Assembly: GCF_009914755.1 (NCBI RefSeq)
Contig: NC_060925.1
Strand: one strand, 5' to 3'
DNA: 64,000 bases
From: the human T2T-CHM13v2.0 reference genome, Homo sapiens
Shown: positions 38,467-52,410 of the stretch, piece by piece
Layout: every line of letters begins with the position of its first letter
How positions within the stretch are numbered: position 1 is the first letter of the stretch
Notes under the pieces: model-generated
What the model was told of the DNA's origin: nothing
Database searches by the model: none
Seen by the model: the letters and a program-made list of their open reading frames with translations, nothing else
Made by a program: the position numbers and the translations under genes

Positions 38467-39637
38467 GGAACCAAGAAATGTTGCGCTTAAAGCTTACAAA
38501 ACAGAGACAGCTAAAGCTTTCTTTCATAAGCAACAATTGTCTTCTCCATCCCCACCTCATTGGAACTGACATGATGAAGGATTTGAAAGTTTCATAACTT
38601 AACTCAGCGAAGCTCAGTAGTACATTTAGTATTGGTTATACAACATTTGTTTAATAAATGCAATGAACAAAGCTACACAGGAATTAGATATTGAAGCAGA
38701 AAAGGTGGTTTTACAGTCCCTGCATTAACCTCTAATTCTTACTACCCTGGCCAAGAAAGCATTTTCACCTCCTGCGCTTTCCTTCCTGTGTGCTTGTGGT
38801 TGGTTCTTTCTTCTCAGGCTTTCTCATTCTGATGCTGAGATAGTTCTGTTCACTTAGCAACTTGGGACAGTGACACAGGGTTTGTTCTGTACTTTCTTTT
38901 CCACCCCACCCCCCACCGCAATCCTCAGTCCCCTTCCTAGGACCATTTTCTACTCCTAGCATTAAGAGGACTCATCGTTATATACTTGGAGATGGTCCAG
39001 TTCTGATAGAGTCCCCTGGAAGACTCAATTCTACGTCACCCTCATGATTTCCTGTTAATTCCACTACGGCTAATGTTCTAGGAAGACACCCTTATCTCTG
39101 GGCTCAGATGGGAACACCTCCCTTAGACTATCCTGGACTACCTGCTATTTCTCAGCCATGCTTTCATTGGTCCCACTGAATTCCCTAGATCCCCAGCAGT
39201 TCCCACACTCTGTATGGTCCTGCCTCAACCATTAATTCTACTTATCCATTTATTTAGGAATAATTGTTTTTTTTTCCCCTCTAAACTGGGTAATTTATAA
39301 CACGAGCAATTTTTGTATGTTTAAAGGATTACCATCCCTAGCCTGTATTGTTGCTTTGCTGTGAGGGAACGGTTGGGACAGAAAAAGTGTTTGTGTAGCT
39401 CTGAAACTTCAATTTCTAGGAATGCAGCTACTCACTGGGGCTTCCCTGCTTGAAGATCATGGGCTTTTCCCTTCCACTGGAGACCAAGGAAAAGTCGAGA
39501 GTTGGATAAGGGATCTGGCTCTGAGTTCTATGTTTCCTGCTGCTTGTAGAGAGGCCTGAGGATGATGGGGTTGCAAATCCAGAGAAATGTTCAGAGATGC
39601 TGCTGCTACTGCTCTTATTACCCCCATGGGATGGGGG

Positions 39638-39825
39638 TCATTTGTCTTGAGGGTCCTTTCTCCATTTAAATTTATGGTCCTTCCAGTCTCTTGTTGAGCT
39701 TCGAATGTTTGTCTTCACAGAGAAATATAGTCCTGTGTCCACTGCAAAAAGGAGTACCATCACCAAGCAGAAAGAGACTTGGTACCCAGGTGGAAAGAAT
39801 GATGAGATGGTTGACACTGCCAAAC
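39638..39825 (-). CDS. FCGR3A: FCGR3A last coding exon (TM and cytoplasmic tail)
   Basis: GLAVSTISSFFPPGYQVSFCLVMVLLFAVDTGLYFSVKTNIRSSTRDWKDHKFKWRKDPQDK*; Phe203 (39794-39796) and Arg CGA (39701-39703) distinguish it from FCGR3B. Confidence 0.97.
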
Positions 39826-41326
39826 CTATTAGGAGAAGTGGAGAGATGAAAAAAAATGACAGTCACTAAGGCAGATATTTGGAACAAACAGTGAGGTCAC
39901 CAGTAGAAAGTCTTTGACAACAGCCAACAGGCAAGTGGTAGGAATGGTGGGGAAGTCTGGGGGAAAGTATTGCTTCCTCCCATTGGTTCCTGATCTTAGT
40001 GCTATCTGAGCAGAGGACAGCTCACCAAACACTGAGCAAAGGCTCCTGCTTGTTTGACAGAGATGTGACAGGGAGCGTTAACAAGTTAGGTTGTAAGCTG
40101 GGTTTTGTGTGACAGTTAAGAAATTGTCAGACAATGCTATGGTCTAGAAACTGGGACAAATTTGTTGATTTTGCATTTCAATTTTTTAAACTCTTGATTT
40201 TGATATATTTCCCAACTTAAAAAAAAAATGACCAGAATAGTTTAATCTCGTATATCCTTTACCCAGATCCACTCATTGTTTACGTGTTACCCCATTTGCT
40301 TTATTTGCTCTCTTTCCCTAACCACTTGGGAGTATTTACTTTCAGTTTAAAGTGTCATGAAATTATTTTTGTACAAATTATGGCATTGTAGTGTCAAAAT
40401 CTCAAAAGGTGTTTTGCTGCCTTTCTACATGCAAATTGTTTACAATTTATGTCTTGGGCTAGTTACAGATAGAAGTTCTGTGAAACTGGAAAGTCCAGGC
40501 ACACCACTCTAGAGCTCTGATTCTGGAGGCTGGTGCTACAGAACCTAGAGATGTTTTGTGGATGACTTAATGGGATCATAGGATATTAGTGCTTGTTCAA
40601 ATCTTTTACTTACTGGTTAAATATACAGGCTTTGAAGTCTTTGATGTGACCTTAGGGAAACTTATTTATTTATTTTTGCACCTCGGTTACTTCATCTGTA
40701 AAATGGAATATTACCTATCTCATGTTGTGAAGGTCTACTGTGATAGTCAAACCAGGTGCATGTAAAGAATTGTTTAGCACAGAGTCTAGCACACTGAAAG
40801 GTGCCCAATAAATGTCAGCTTATTTTTGTTACGGAAGAAGAAATTGGGGTTCAGAGAGACTAAGTGGCTCACCTCTGGTCAGATGGTTAATTAGCTGCAG
40901 GGCCAGAACCCAGGTTCTGGGCTCTTTCTGTGAGGGGATGAGGGGCTCCTGCCAGTTTGGATCGTGGCTAAAAGGCTTGGATAAGAAGGAGGCCAGCACG
41001 ATAGGAACATATGACACCGTGGGTGTGATTAGCGTAAGGAAAGACAGAGGTATTTATTGGGGAGGAGATGTGGCTTCTGCTCCTGCCATCATGCTGCAGA
41101 GTGAATGACACCTCCTAGCTACCCCAAAAGAATGGACTGAAACAGAGCTGCAAACCTACCCTGCAATCAGGGACTTTTGGGGACCTCCTGGTGATCACCA
41201 GGAGGGAACCACATATGAAGAAGTGCGTGTAAGAATCAGGAATCTCCTCCCAACTCAACTTCCCAGTGTGATTGCAGGTTCCACACACAGGCGTCCCTGG
41301 GCATTCCAGGGTGGCACATGTCTCAC

Positions 41327-41584
41327 CTTGAGTGATGGTGATGTTCACAGTCTCTGAAGACACATTTTTACTCCCAAAAAGCCCCCTGCAGAAGTAGGAG
41401 CCGCTGTCTTTGAGTGTGGCTTTTGGAATGTAGAAGTCAGAATTATGATGAAAATACTTCCTGCCTTTGCCATTCTGTAAATATGTGACCTTATGCAGAG
41501 CAGTGTTCTTCCAGCTGTGACACCTCAGGTGAATAGGGTCTTCCTCCTTGAACACCCACCGAGGGGCCTGGAGCAACAGCCAGC
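41327..41584 (-). CDS. FCGR3A: FCGR3A EC2 exon, Phe158 allele
   Basis: [21 protein letters not shown]...[21 protein letters not shown]; 258 nt with AG/GT boundaries. Confidence 0.97.
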
Positions 41585-42205
41585 CTGAAAGACACAGACA
41601 CCCCAGGCCCGGGAGGCCTCAGCTCTCAGTGCAGAGCTTTGTGAAGGGGCCACGTACCACCCAGATCCTGAGACATAAGGGAAAGCCAGATTGGGAGTCA
41701 ACCCTGCATAGCTCCCTTTGGGGAAGAGCTGATGGGGCCCTGCAAGAGAACTGAAGTCATACCAAGACCTTTGTCTAATGGGGAAGAGGGACACACACAC
41801 ATGTGATCAACACACAGGGTTAGAGCAGAGGGACTAAGCAATGAGGTAAGTGAGAAGCAACGATGAGCATATCTGCAGGATCCTTAAGTGCTAGACTTAG
41901 ATTTGCTGTGGCAGGTGACAAGGATTCACAGTAAGTTCTAGATCAGAGTAAAAATTGCATTTGAAAATGATGAATTGCCCTATTAGAGGAAAAGGTAGAT
42001 TTCAGAAGGAACAGGCAATCAAAGGAATATTGAAAGACTCTTGTGGCAGTCAGGAATAAGGTGACGGTGGCCACGGAGTGGCTGCAGAAATTGTGAAGGA
42101 GAACTCAATGTAAACACCAGGGAGGGGAAGGGCGGGACTGGTATTGCTCAGCCTGGCAATTCGTGGTTTCTAAGGTGTCACAGGGCCTCGGTGAGACCAA
42201 CTTTA

Positions 42206-42357
42206 TTACTGAGCATGGCCTTCAAGAGAGGAAATTCTTGTATCGCCAGAGCTTATTCTCACGATCATGTCACCAAGTAATTTACTGAGCATGGCCTTCA
42301 AGAGAGGAAATTCTTATATCGCCAGAGCTTATTCTCACGATCATGTCACCAAGTAAT
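42206..42357. repeat. 76-bp tandem duplication in the FCGR3A EC1-EC2 intron
   Basis: 42206-42281 and 42282-42357 differ at one base. Confidence 0.95.
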
Positions 42358-43250
42358 CAGACTTCACAAAGAGAGAACATGAGGTCATGGTCGGGAAAGG
42401 GCCTGAATAATTAAAAAATAATGATGTTATAGGTAAGTATTATAATGGCATAAGAAAATATTCATGAGACAATTTTAAGTTAAAAAAGCATAATACTTCA
42501 AATATTTTAAAAAGTATTATGCACAGAAAAAAGAAGGATATGCACTTACATATTAACAGGGGTTTTCTCTGAAGGAGTGGGACTGAAGGACATTTTAAAT
42601 TTCTCCTGTTTACTTTTATATATTTTTGAAATTGACCCCAAATGACTTTTGTAATAAGAACAAAACAAAATTTACAATAATTTTATTTTTTAAATCTACA
42701 TTCTCAGGTTGAATTACTATAATTTAAAAAATCTACTACCTGATGCTAAACAAAATTGGTAGGACGTGTGTTGGTCATGATTCTCTAACACAAAGATTTG
42801 CCAAACAGAAAGTAATCTTCATTACCTATTAAGAGATATCATTTATCAAAAGAAGCCATGTGCCTATCTATCCACTTACTTTTTCAGCAGAGAGATGAAT
42901 CATTATTAGCATAAAGTCATGGTTAGTATATAGTCTGGTGGCCTTTGGAGGAACATTCTTGTTCGAATCTATCCTGTCATGGACCCAGTGAATGTCCATA
43001 TGTATATTCCTTCAAGTGATATTTCATCAAGCACTCACTATGTATGACACACTGTGGACTGGAGATACCCAGATGATGGGACATATAGTTCTCAGCCTCA
43101 AAGAATCTACAGTCTAGACATAGAAACATAAATATTCAGAAATAATCACAATACAATATGACAAGTGCTACAACAGGCTAAGAATAAAGGACTGCGGGGC
43201 TGACTAGATTGGAATAAAGAAATTCTGCCTGAAAGAAGTAAAAAATGCAG

Positions 43251-43637
<387 letters not shown>

Positions 43638-44413
43638 TCAGAAGTTTACCTGGTGAAGCTAATTCTCATGGTCACAGTTTAATATAGCCTTGATTGGCTA
43701 GACTTCTAAAGCCAGTTTCTAGAGCCAAGTTCAAGGCAAACTAGTAACTCTTAGACTTGATTTTTCTATTGCTTTCTCTTGGTAATTCCCCCATTTTATT
43801 TGGTTGTAGGTGGACATCTCTTACCTAGCTAGAAATGGACATATCTTCTTGTAGCTCTGGAGAGTGAAGACCATGTCAGTTGAGTGGTACTGTCAGAGGC
43901 CAAAGAGCCACAAAAATCAGTTTCAGAGGCCCAATTCCATGGAGCTCTCTTGCAGATCCACCTCCTTATGCCCTTCTTCCCCCAAAGCTTGTTCCACCCA
44001 TAAACATTGTATGAATGGAACAGCCGTGGAAGTAGAGTTAGGTTTGCAGGGCGACACTGCAGGGACCAGCCTATGTGGTAAGATTGTAGGGACACCAGGA
44101 AAGACCTCTGCCTTCAAAATATTTCTCCTACCTGTGTCTGACGTCTATATTCTGTTAATAGTACACAAGAACTTTCATGTCATGATTAATGTGCAGGCTG
44201 AACATGTATCTGCCTCTATTGGAAGAGCTATCACATTACCAAATTTATGCTTAATTATAGGTTTGAGTATAGCATTGATGAGGAGACAGAAAGATATGAT
44301 GCTAGGCCACTAGGATTGCTTTGGGAGGTGGCTTAGGGCATTACATGTCTGAGAGCGAGAAGGAGATTGAGGTCCTAACACCAAATTCATTAATTTATTC
44401 AATAAATATTATT

Positions 44414-44720
44414 GGCCAGGTGTGGTGGCTCACGCCTGTAGTCCCAGCACTTTGGGAAGCCAAGGCTGGTGAATCACCTGAGGTCAGGAGTTTGAGACCA
44501 GACTGACCAACATGGTGAAACCCTGTCTCTACTAAAAATACAAAAATTAGCTGGGCGTGGTGGCGGGTGCCTGTAATCTCAGCTACTCGGGAGGCTGAGG
44601 CAGGAGAATCACTACAACCCAAGGGGGCAGAAGTTGCAGTGAGCTGAGATTGCCGCATTGCACTCCAGCCTGGGTGACAGAGTGATACTCTGTCTCAAAA
44701 AATAAAATTAAAAAAAATGA
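44414..44720 (+). mobile_element. AluS
   Basis: Full dimer. Confidence 0.9.
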
Positions 44721-45046
44721 AAATAAATATATAAATAACTATTATTGAGCATCTATGCCATGGCCTAACCTTCACATGACACATTCACATTGTATGCACT
44801 CCATATGGGGATTCTTGGAATTGTGCAATGCAGCAGTCCTATATCTACTGTCTGACAGGCTTTGACATTTTGCCCAAGACCTACTTAGAGCTAGGACTAC
44901 AACTCTGATACCATTCAGTGGGACCACACATCATCTCATCTTAGCTTTTATCTCTAAGAATATCATCTCTGGCTCTTACCAAGTATTTCAGGACCCTTTG
45001 TTTCACCTTTTATTGGTGATTTTCCTCTTCCCCTTCATCAACTCAC

Positions 45047-45304
45047 CGATATGGACTTCTAGCTGCACCGGGTCACTGAGGGTGGAGAGGTTTGTCTGGC
45101 ACCTGTACTCTCCACTGTCGTCGACTGTGGCAGCGTCAATGAAGTAGCTCGAGGCCTGGCTTGAGATGAGGCTCTCATTGTGAAACCACTGTGTGGAATT
45201 GTCCTCAGGGGAGTAGGCTCCCTGGCACTTCAGAGTCACACTGTCCTTCTCGAGCACCCTGTACCATTGAGGCTCCAGGAACACCACAGCCTTTGGGAGA
45301 TCTT
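45047..45304 (-). CDS. FCGR3A: FCGR3A EC1 exon
   Basis: [27 protein letters not shown]...DPVQLEVHI; 258 nt. Confidence 0.97.
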
Positions 45305-45636
45305 CTGAGGAGCCAAGATAATGTGGGGTGAGGACAGGGAGAGGAGCAGGCTCTACACTGCCATTCCCAGGGAGCCTCAAAGCCAGAATGAGCTCATTGC
45401 AAACCCATGCTTGGTGGCTCAGTCTTAGAGCATCTTGGCCCCATTTTTGGCCTGTTCAGTATCTTAAGGAAAGCTGGCCAGAGAAGCACAGGGCCAAGTT
45501 CTGCTGTGTTGGAGGAACTATCCCTGCTAACCCCACATCAGCATTTTCCCATTCAACAAGCATTTCCCAATATCTTATGGCCTTTGTCCCCATATGTGCC
45601 CCACTGGGTCAATCCAAGACCATGAAGCTGACTCAC

Positions 45637-45657
45637 CAGTCCGCATGCCAGCTGAAA
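45637..45657 (-). CDS. FCGR3A: FCGR3A S2 mini-exon (21 nt)
   Basis: cag|TTTCAGCTGGCATGCGGACTG|gtgagt, (V)SAGMRT. Confidence 0.95.
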
Positions 45658-46322
45658 CTGCAAGAAAAAAGATAAATCAAATATTGAGTAGGGGCAGAGA
45701 TCAGAGTGATTAGAACATAGAGTGAGTTTAAAACTCCCCTGCCCTCCTCTGCCCCAGGAGCCCAATTTTCCCAAGAATCAGGATGTTTCTGGTGGAAACC
45801 TTGCTACCTGCTCTCTGGTCTCCACTGTTCATGCCTCTTGCGCCACTGTCAACACAAATCCCTATTTTCAACACTGCTCCCTTACCCCTTGCTCCCTGTG
45901 CAAACTCACAAATTAAGGGTACAGGTTGAATTTCCCTGAACCAAGCTACAGAAAGAGCCTCAACCCATATCCCCACAAGAAAGGGTAGAAATTGAAAATC
46001 ATAGAGGAGAACCCTGGAATGTCAAACTGAAAGAGACAGACCCTAGGGACCATCTAGTCGAAGCTCTTTGGTTCCACAGAGTGATTCTGGGACCCAGAGG
46101 GGTGAAGTGACTGGCCTCACTCATGAGTATGCCCCAATTGGAACCAGCATTCTCCTCATTTCTAGCCCCATCTTGGCTTGTCCTAGGAGCTCAATCCACA
46201 GCTATAGATGTGGTGAGGGGTCCCATCCCTTCGTGGGAGTCTCATTAGTAGCCTGAAAAGGGGTCTCTGCTGAACCCAAGGCATCTCAAACTTCTCCCTC
46301 AACCAGGGAGACCCTGACTTAC

Positions 46323-46362
46323 CTAGAAGTAGCAGAGCAGTTGGGAGGAGCAGCTGCCACAT
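46323..46362 (-). CDS. FCGR3A: FCGR3A S1 exon coding part
   Basis: ATG at 46362, MWQLLLPTALLLL, donor GTAAGT; exons sum to 765 nt = 254 aa. Confidence 0.96.
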
Positions 46363-48280
46363 GATGCCACACTGGAGTGGACAAGTCACCAAAGATATCC
46401 GGAGCCCTAAAGGGACCAAACCGACTAGACAGGAGGAAGTAAACAGCCTTTCCCCAGCCCCTCCACCCATCTCTGTCACCCACCAATTTCCTTTTCTTGA
46501 AACTTCATCTGACTTCTCAGTCTGAAGTCTGGCAAGGGAGCCCCACCATAGAACAGGACCAGGAAGGAAAGAGCCTGGAGGCAAGGTGGGTGGGTCTGCC
46601 CCCTTTACTCCCTCAAAGGTCTGTGGCTGAGCATCTGAGGACACACACAGAATCTGCCAGAGTGTGCCCTCAGCCATCCCAGGATGCTTGCCCCATCTCC
46701 TGGATTTGGATCCACCCAGCACCAAGAATGGGACAGTGAGACCCTGGGGATGAGATTCAAGGTGGGAGGAGCATTCTCTGAGGGCTTCCTTCATTTCACC
46801 TCAGAACTTGTCACTCTCCTGCCTCGCCCAGACCCATCTATCTCCAGCTGAGGCCCTGCCTGCACACAGAAAGTGGTCCTTTCAAATCTTCAGACCACTA
46901 GCAGTGTCTCTGCCTCAATATTATCTCCACGCAGAATTTCTTTCAAAATTCAAAATTCAAAATCTATATGCTCCTGGGATATGTAATCCACAGGAGCTAC
47001 TGACTTTTTAGTGTGATTTGATCATTAGATTTCCAGGTTAGAAGAAACCCAGGTAGGGTAGAGAAATGGGCCCTGGAAGAACAAGTCACCAGCGAAAGGC
47101 TGAAAAGATCACAGAAAAGGTGGGGGTGGGGAGGGGCGAGGACAGGAACTCTTTACCTTCCTCGTGTTACCCAGGTCCTGCGGATTTAGCTCAGGCCCCT
47201 CCGGGCCACTGGATCTGGGCTGGTCTGTCAGCCTAGGAGCCGGGGCTCCAGGGCTCCTTACCAGAAAAGGTGGAGGGGGGTGGCCAGGAAGTGGGAGGGT
47301 TGTTAACCTCTTCTCTTCTCTCCAGATTCTCCCCCGTAACCCCACGTTGGTTACTCTCACAATGGTCCAGGTCCCAGGCAGAAAATCAGATGACTCTGCT
47401 TGATAGTGCCACTCCCCCAGTGGATTCGTGGACATCTGGGACAGGTCTCACCTGGCTTAGAAAAGCCCAGGAGGCGAGCAGCAGGCCCGTGTGGGCACCT
47501 GATACTTGTTAGGGGTGGAGTGGAGGCAGGGGCTGACACAGGTGCCCGCCAACCTTTGCTATAAATGAATGCTCTTTCTACTCCAGAATGACCTAAAAAC
47601 CACTACTCAGGTTTTGTTTTTTATTTGTGTGTTTCATTTGGCTCCTGGGTGGAGTTAATTGATCCTCCCATTGCCATCCACGTACCCACCCCTCCCCCCG
47701 CCACACACAGAGTCTTGCAGCAGCCCCTTCTCCACAGGCCCTTGGATTGGACAATGGAAATGAACCCAGGCAGCCATTCCAGTTCTCCTTCTCAAGTGAC
47801 TCATCTACGCCTTGCAAAATCCAGACAAGTATCTGGAAACTTAAAGTTCCTTGCTGTAGCACTTCGGATGCTTATCTGGGAAACCTAAAGCAGAAACAAA
47901 GCCTTCAGGGCTAAGAATGGTCTCTGAGGCAAAAAGCGGATATCCCTCAATTCTTTCTTCTTTTCAGATATCCAGGTGGCTTTCTGCCACGTGACTTCTG
48001 ATGCAAGGCCTTCACTTTGTTTTCCTTCTTTGAGGTCTTATTTTCTTATTTGACTCCTCTTTGGTCTGTGGCTCTCCAATGGAGGGAGGAATTCTTAGCT
48101 GCCAAAAGGGTGGGCTAGATAGGAAGAAGAGGAGAGAGCACAGGAGGAGAGAAAGGGACTGCAACAGGATGGGAAGCTTTCAGGGGGTTTTCATTAAGTG
48201 GTTGTTGAACAATTCTCAAATTGAGTGTTGTTGGATTTCTAAGGGTTAATTTTACAGTAATGGATAAAATGCAAAATTTT

Positions 48281-48586
48281 GGCCTATGGTGGCTTATTGT
48301 AATCCCAGCACTTTGGAAGGCCAATGTGAGGTGGAAGAATTGCTTGAGGCCAGGAATTTGAGACCAGCCTAGGCAACATAGAAAGACCCCATCTCTACTA
48401 ATATAGTAATAATAATAATAGCCAGATGTGGTGGTGCATGCCTGTAGTCCCAGCTACCCAGGAGGCTGAGGCAGGAGGATTGCTTGAGCCCCGGAGTTAG
48501 AGGCTACAGTGAGTTATGTTCATGGCACTGCACTCTAGCCTGGGCGACAGAGTGAGACCCTGACTCTTGGGGGGGAAAAAAAAAAA
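48281..48586 (+). mobile_element. AluJ
   Basis: Diverged dimer; GCAAAATTTT flanking duplication. Confidence 0.85.
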
Positions 48587-50871
48587 GCAAAATTTTTACA
48601 AAAGGGTAGATGGTCTTGGGATATCATATATTGAAGTGTTTATCTTCATGTTTGCTTTTCTTTCTTCTCCTTCCCTTTTTCTTCCTTCCCCTCCTCTTCT
48701 CTCCTTTTCTCATTGGAAGGCCAGGCACAGCAGAAGTTTCTGACTATGGAATTCAGTTGATTGTCATCCTCTAGGACTTACAGTTTCTTAGGGGGAGAAC
48801 ATCAGATAAGTATTTGAAGTGCTAGAGGGACTGTGACAGTATTTATGAAATGCTGTGTATGCACAAAGAAGACAGTGGCTAATTCTATCTGAGGGAGGAG
48901 TGTACATGGAAGAGAGAACACTTTAATTAGATCGCAAAATATTCAGCAGGAAGATTTTTGAGAGAAATAGGCATTCCAGGCAAGAGGAGCAGCATGAGCA
49001 AAGACTTGGAGTGAAGTAGACTGTCATGTTTGCAGAGCTGGCTGTAGTTCCACAAGTGTAGTTGGATGTAGTTCCACAAGTGTAGTGAGTACTACAAAGG
49101 AGAAGCACAGGTTCCAAAAGGATTAAGATGTCTGGGTCTCACAGGAATCTGGAGGAAATCCCAACTCTGCCACTTATTTAACCTTCTAGCCCTCAGTTTC
49201 CTTATCTGTAAAGTGAGGCTAACAATAATGGCACTCATGGCTTAAATGAGATAATGCAGATAAAATTGTTGGTTCCATATTTGGTACCACACCTGCTGAT
49301 TACTATTGTAAATGCAAGATGGGAGGTTGAGACCTTCCTCAATTTTCTAAATTAGGTTCTGACCCCCAACCCCACCCCAACTCCTTTAGGAGCTTGTGCT
49401 TCTCCTCTGTAAACTCATTGCATTTGTGGACTGAAAGGTCTTGGAGAGCAGGGAAGCTGTTCACCTTGTTTACCCCTGTACCCTCAACATTTAGCACAAG
49501 GGCAGGCACATACTAGGCACTCAATTAGTATTTATCACGAAGAGTTTTGTGTGTCAGGATGAACAGTACATATTTTATTCTAAAAGGTAATGGGAACTAA
49601 TAAAAAGGCTTTAGACTGGGGAATCACAAGATCTGTTTTATATTTTATGAAAAGTACTCTGACAGCAGTCCAAGGAATGAGTTAGAGGGGAGAGAGATGG
49701 AAGGTGGAGGGAAAAGTTGGAAGATTATTTCAACAGTCTAGTTGAGACAAGAGCCACTCTGTTTAAAAAGTGGATATGCAATGGAAGCATCCAGGAGAGA
49801 AGTTAGGAAGGAAGGATGGACAAGACTTGGTGAGTGATTGGCTGAGGGGTGATGAAGGGGGAGAGGTCTGGGTGATGCTCGGATTTCTAATTTGGGTGAT
49901 AAGGAGGATGGCAGTAGCTTTCATGGACAAAAGAAAAATGGGAAGATGAGCAGGCTTTGGGAGGGAGAGACAATGATTTCAGCTTTTGATGTTATTGAGT
50001 TTGAGGTAGCTGTGAAGGTTTCAGGTGAAGATTTCCAGTAGGCAGTGAGACACATGGCCCTGGAACTCAGAAGACAGGTCTTGACAAAAGACACAATTTA
50101 GGAGGCACCAACACGGTTGAGGTTTCAAACCTCTGATAAAAACCTTTGGGCCTTCTCCCAAGAAAGGATGCAAATATACACATTATGTTTCCTTTAATTT
50201 AAGAAGCTCTATTTGAATCCATCCAGAGATCCTAGGTTAAGATAAAGTAAGGATAAGATCTCTGAAACTGTAAGAGTATTGAGAGAGAATTAAAGGGAAA
50301 CAGTGAGGGAAAGGAAGGAGGGATTGAGAGGGAGAGGAGAAGAGGAGAGAGTCAATGACAGAAACTTGACATGCAAACATTTTTGAAGCGTGCACAGGAA
50401 AAATAGCTGACAAAGGAGTTTGTATAGGAGGGGCTGAAGAGGAGGGAACAAGGAAGTTTAGTGGGAACAGATCTTCAAGGAAGGAGTAGTCAACAGTAAC
50501 AGTATTAATGTTGTAGAAAAGAATTCAAACAAGAGTTTGATTGAAATATGGCAATCAAGGAACTATTAATGACCTTTTCCTGAGCAATTTCAGGGGCTGG
50601 GGCTGAGAAACAGAAGTTTGACAGCTTTTGGTTGAAGACGGAGTAGGAATGAAAAAGTGTTTAGTCAAGTGCTTCTCCTCTTCAGAATCTCCATTATGAA
50701 GGAATAGTGCACATATCATCTGGCTGTCCAGGATCACTTCCTCCTCCCCTTCTTATTAGCATATCATTCTTTCTGGAGAAGCCCCACTGTGAGTACTTAA
50801 TAGAAAGCAGTGATTGCTTTCTACTATGGAAACCCGAGGGTCCAGATCTTCCTTTTCCCCACTTTGGGGCA

Positions 50872-51468
50872 CTATTAAGGACTAAATTGTGTCTCTCCCA
50901 GTTCATATGTTGAAGTCCACATGTGGAACCCCCTATACCTCAGGATGTGACTATATGTGGATATAGAGCCTTTAAAGAGGTAATTAAGTTAAAATAAAAT
51001 CATTAGGTGGGCTCTAGTCCAATATGACTGATGTCCTTGTTAGTTGGGACACAGACCCATACAGGGAGAAGATGGACACCTACAAGCCAAGGAGAGAGGC
51101 CTCAGAAGAAACCAACCCTATGGACTCAAAGGAAGAACAACAGACACACTGGGGCCTACTTGAGGGTGGAGGGTAGGAAGAGGGAGAGGATCGGAAAAAA
51201 TAACTATTGAGTAACTAGGCTTAGTACATGGGTGATGAAATAATGTGTGCAACAAACCCCCGTGATAGGAGTTTACCTATGTAGCAAACCTGCACGCATA
51301 CCCCTAAATCTAAAATAAAATTTTTAAAAAAAAAATTAAAAGAAACCAACCCTGTCAACACCTTGATCTTGGACTTGCAGCCTCAAGAACTGTAAGAAAA
51401 TACATTTTTGTTGTTTAAGCCACCCAGTCTGTGGTACTTTGTTATAAAAGTGCTAGCTAACTGATACA
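50872..51468 (+). mobile_element. MLT1-type MaLR LTR interrupted by a short L1 3' end (51120-51339)
   Basis: MLT1 motifs on both sides; L1 piece flanked by TSD AAGAAACCAACCCT at 51106-51119 and 51340-51353. Confidence 0.8.
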
Positions 51469-51749
51469 GGCAGACAGAGGACAGGCATATAACTGAGGTT
51501 TGGCCCATTAGAGTCTCTTCTGAGATGAATCCTGAATAAGTGACACTTGTTTACTCATAAGGGAGATTCACTTCTAGGAGAGGGAGATGGTTGGGTCCCA
51601 GTCATCACAGCAGTGGGATGGGCTCACCTCCTCTAGTTTCCATCCAATAAATCTTTTTCCTCTACTTAAAAGATCTGGATTCTGATAAAGTTGTTTATAA
51701 CCCAGAGCCCTAAGTGACACAATAAGAAAGGAGAAGTGGAGGATGGTAA

Positions 51750-52410
51750 CTAGACAGAGCTGATTCATCAAGACAGGGGAATTGCAATAGAGAAAGAGTA
51801 ATTCATGCAGAGCTGACTGAGCCAGAGACTGGAGTTTTATTATTACTCAAATCAGTCTTCCAGAGCATTCGGGGAGCAGAGTTTTTAAGGACAACTTGGT
51901 TGGTGGAGGGGAAGCCAGTGAGCCAGGAGTGTTGATTGGTCAGGGATGAAATCACAGGAAGTTGAAGCTGTCTTCTTGTTCTGAGTCAGTTCCTGGGTGG
52001 GCACCACAAGATCAGATGAGCCAGTTTATTGATCTGGGTGTTGCCAGGTGATCCATCAAGTGCAGGGTCTGCAAAATATCTCAAGCACCGATCTTAGGAT
52101 CAGTGCTTAGGAAGGGTCAGAATCTTGTAGCCTCCACCTGCATGATTCCTAAACCATAATTTCCAATCTTGTGGCTAATGTTAGTCCTACAAAGACAATC
52201 TAGTCTTCAGAAAAAAAGGAGGTCTGCCCTGGGAAAGGGCTGTTATCATCTTTGCTTTAAACCACAAACTATAAACTAAGTTTCTCCCAAAGTTAGTTCA
52301 GCCTATGCCCAAGAATGAGGAAAGACAGCTTGGAGGTTAGAAGCAAGATGGAGTCAATTAAGTTAGATCTCTCTCACTGTTTCAGACACAATTCTGCAAA
52401 GGTAGTTACA
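51750..52410 (-). mobile_element. LTR8-like solo LTR
   Basis: CTAGACAGAGCTGATTCATCAAGACAGGGGAATTGCAATAG...GCAAAGGTAGTTACA matches the recalled LTR8 reverse complement. Confidence 0.75.

Noticed and set aside
49043-49086. 20-bp direct repeat TGTAGTTCCACAAGTGTAGT with period 24
   Set aside because: Ordinary slippage duplication in an old repeat-derived region; no further structure.
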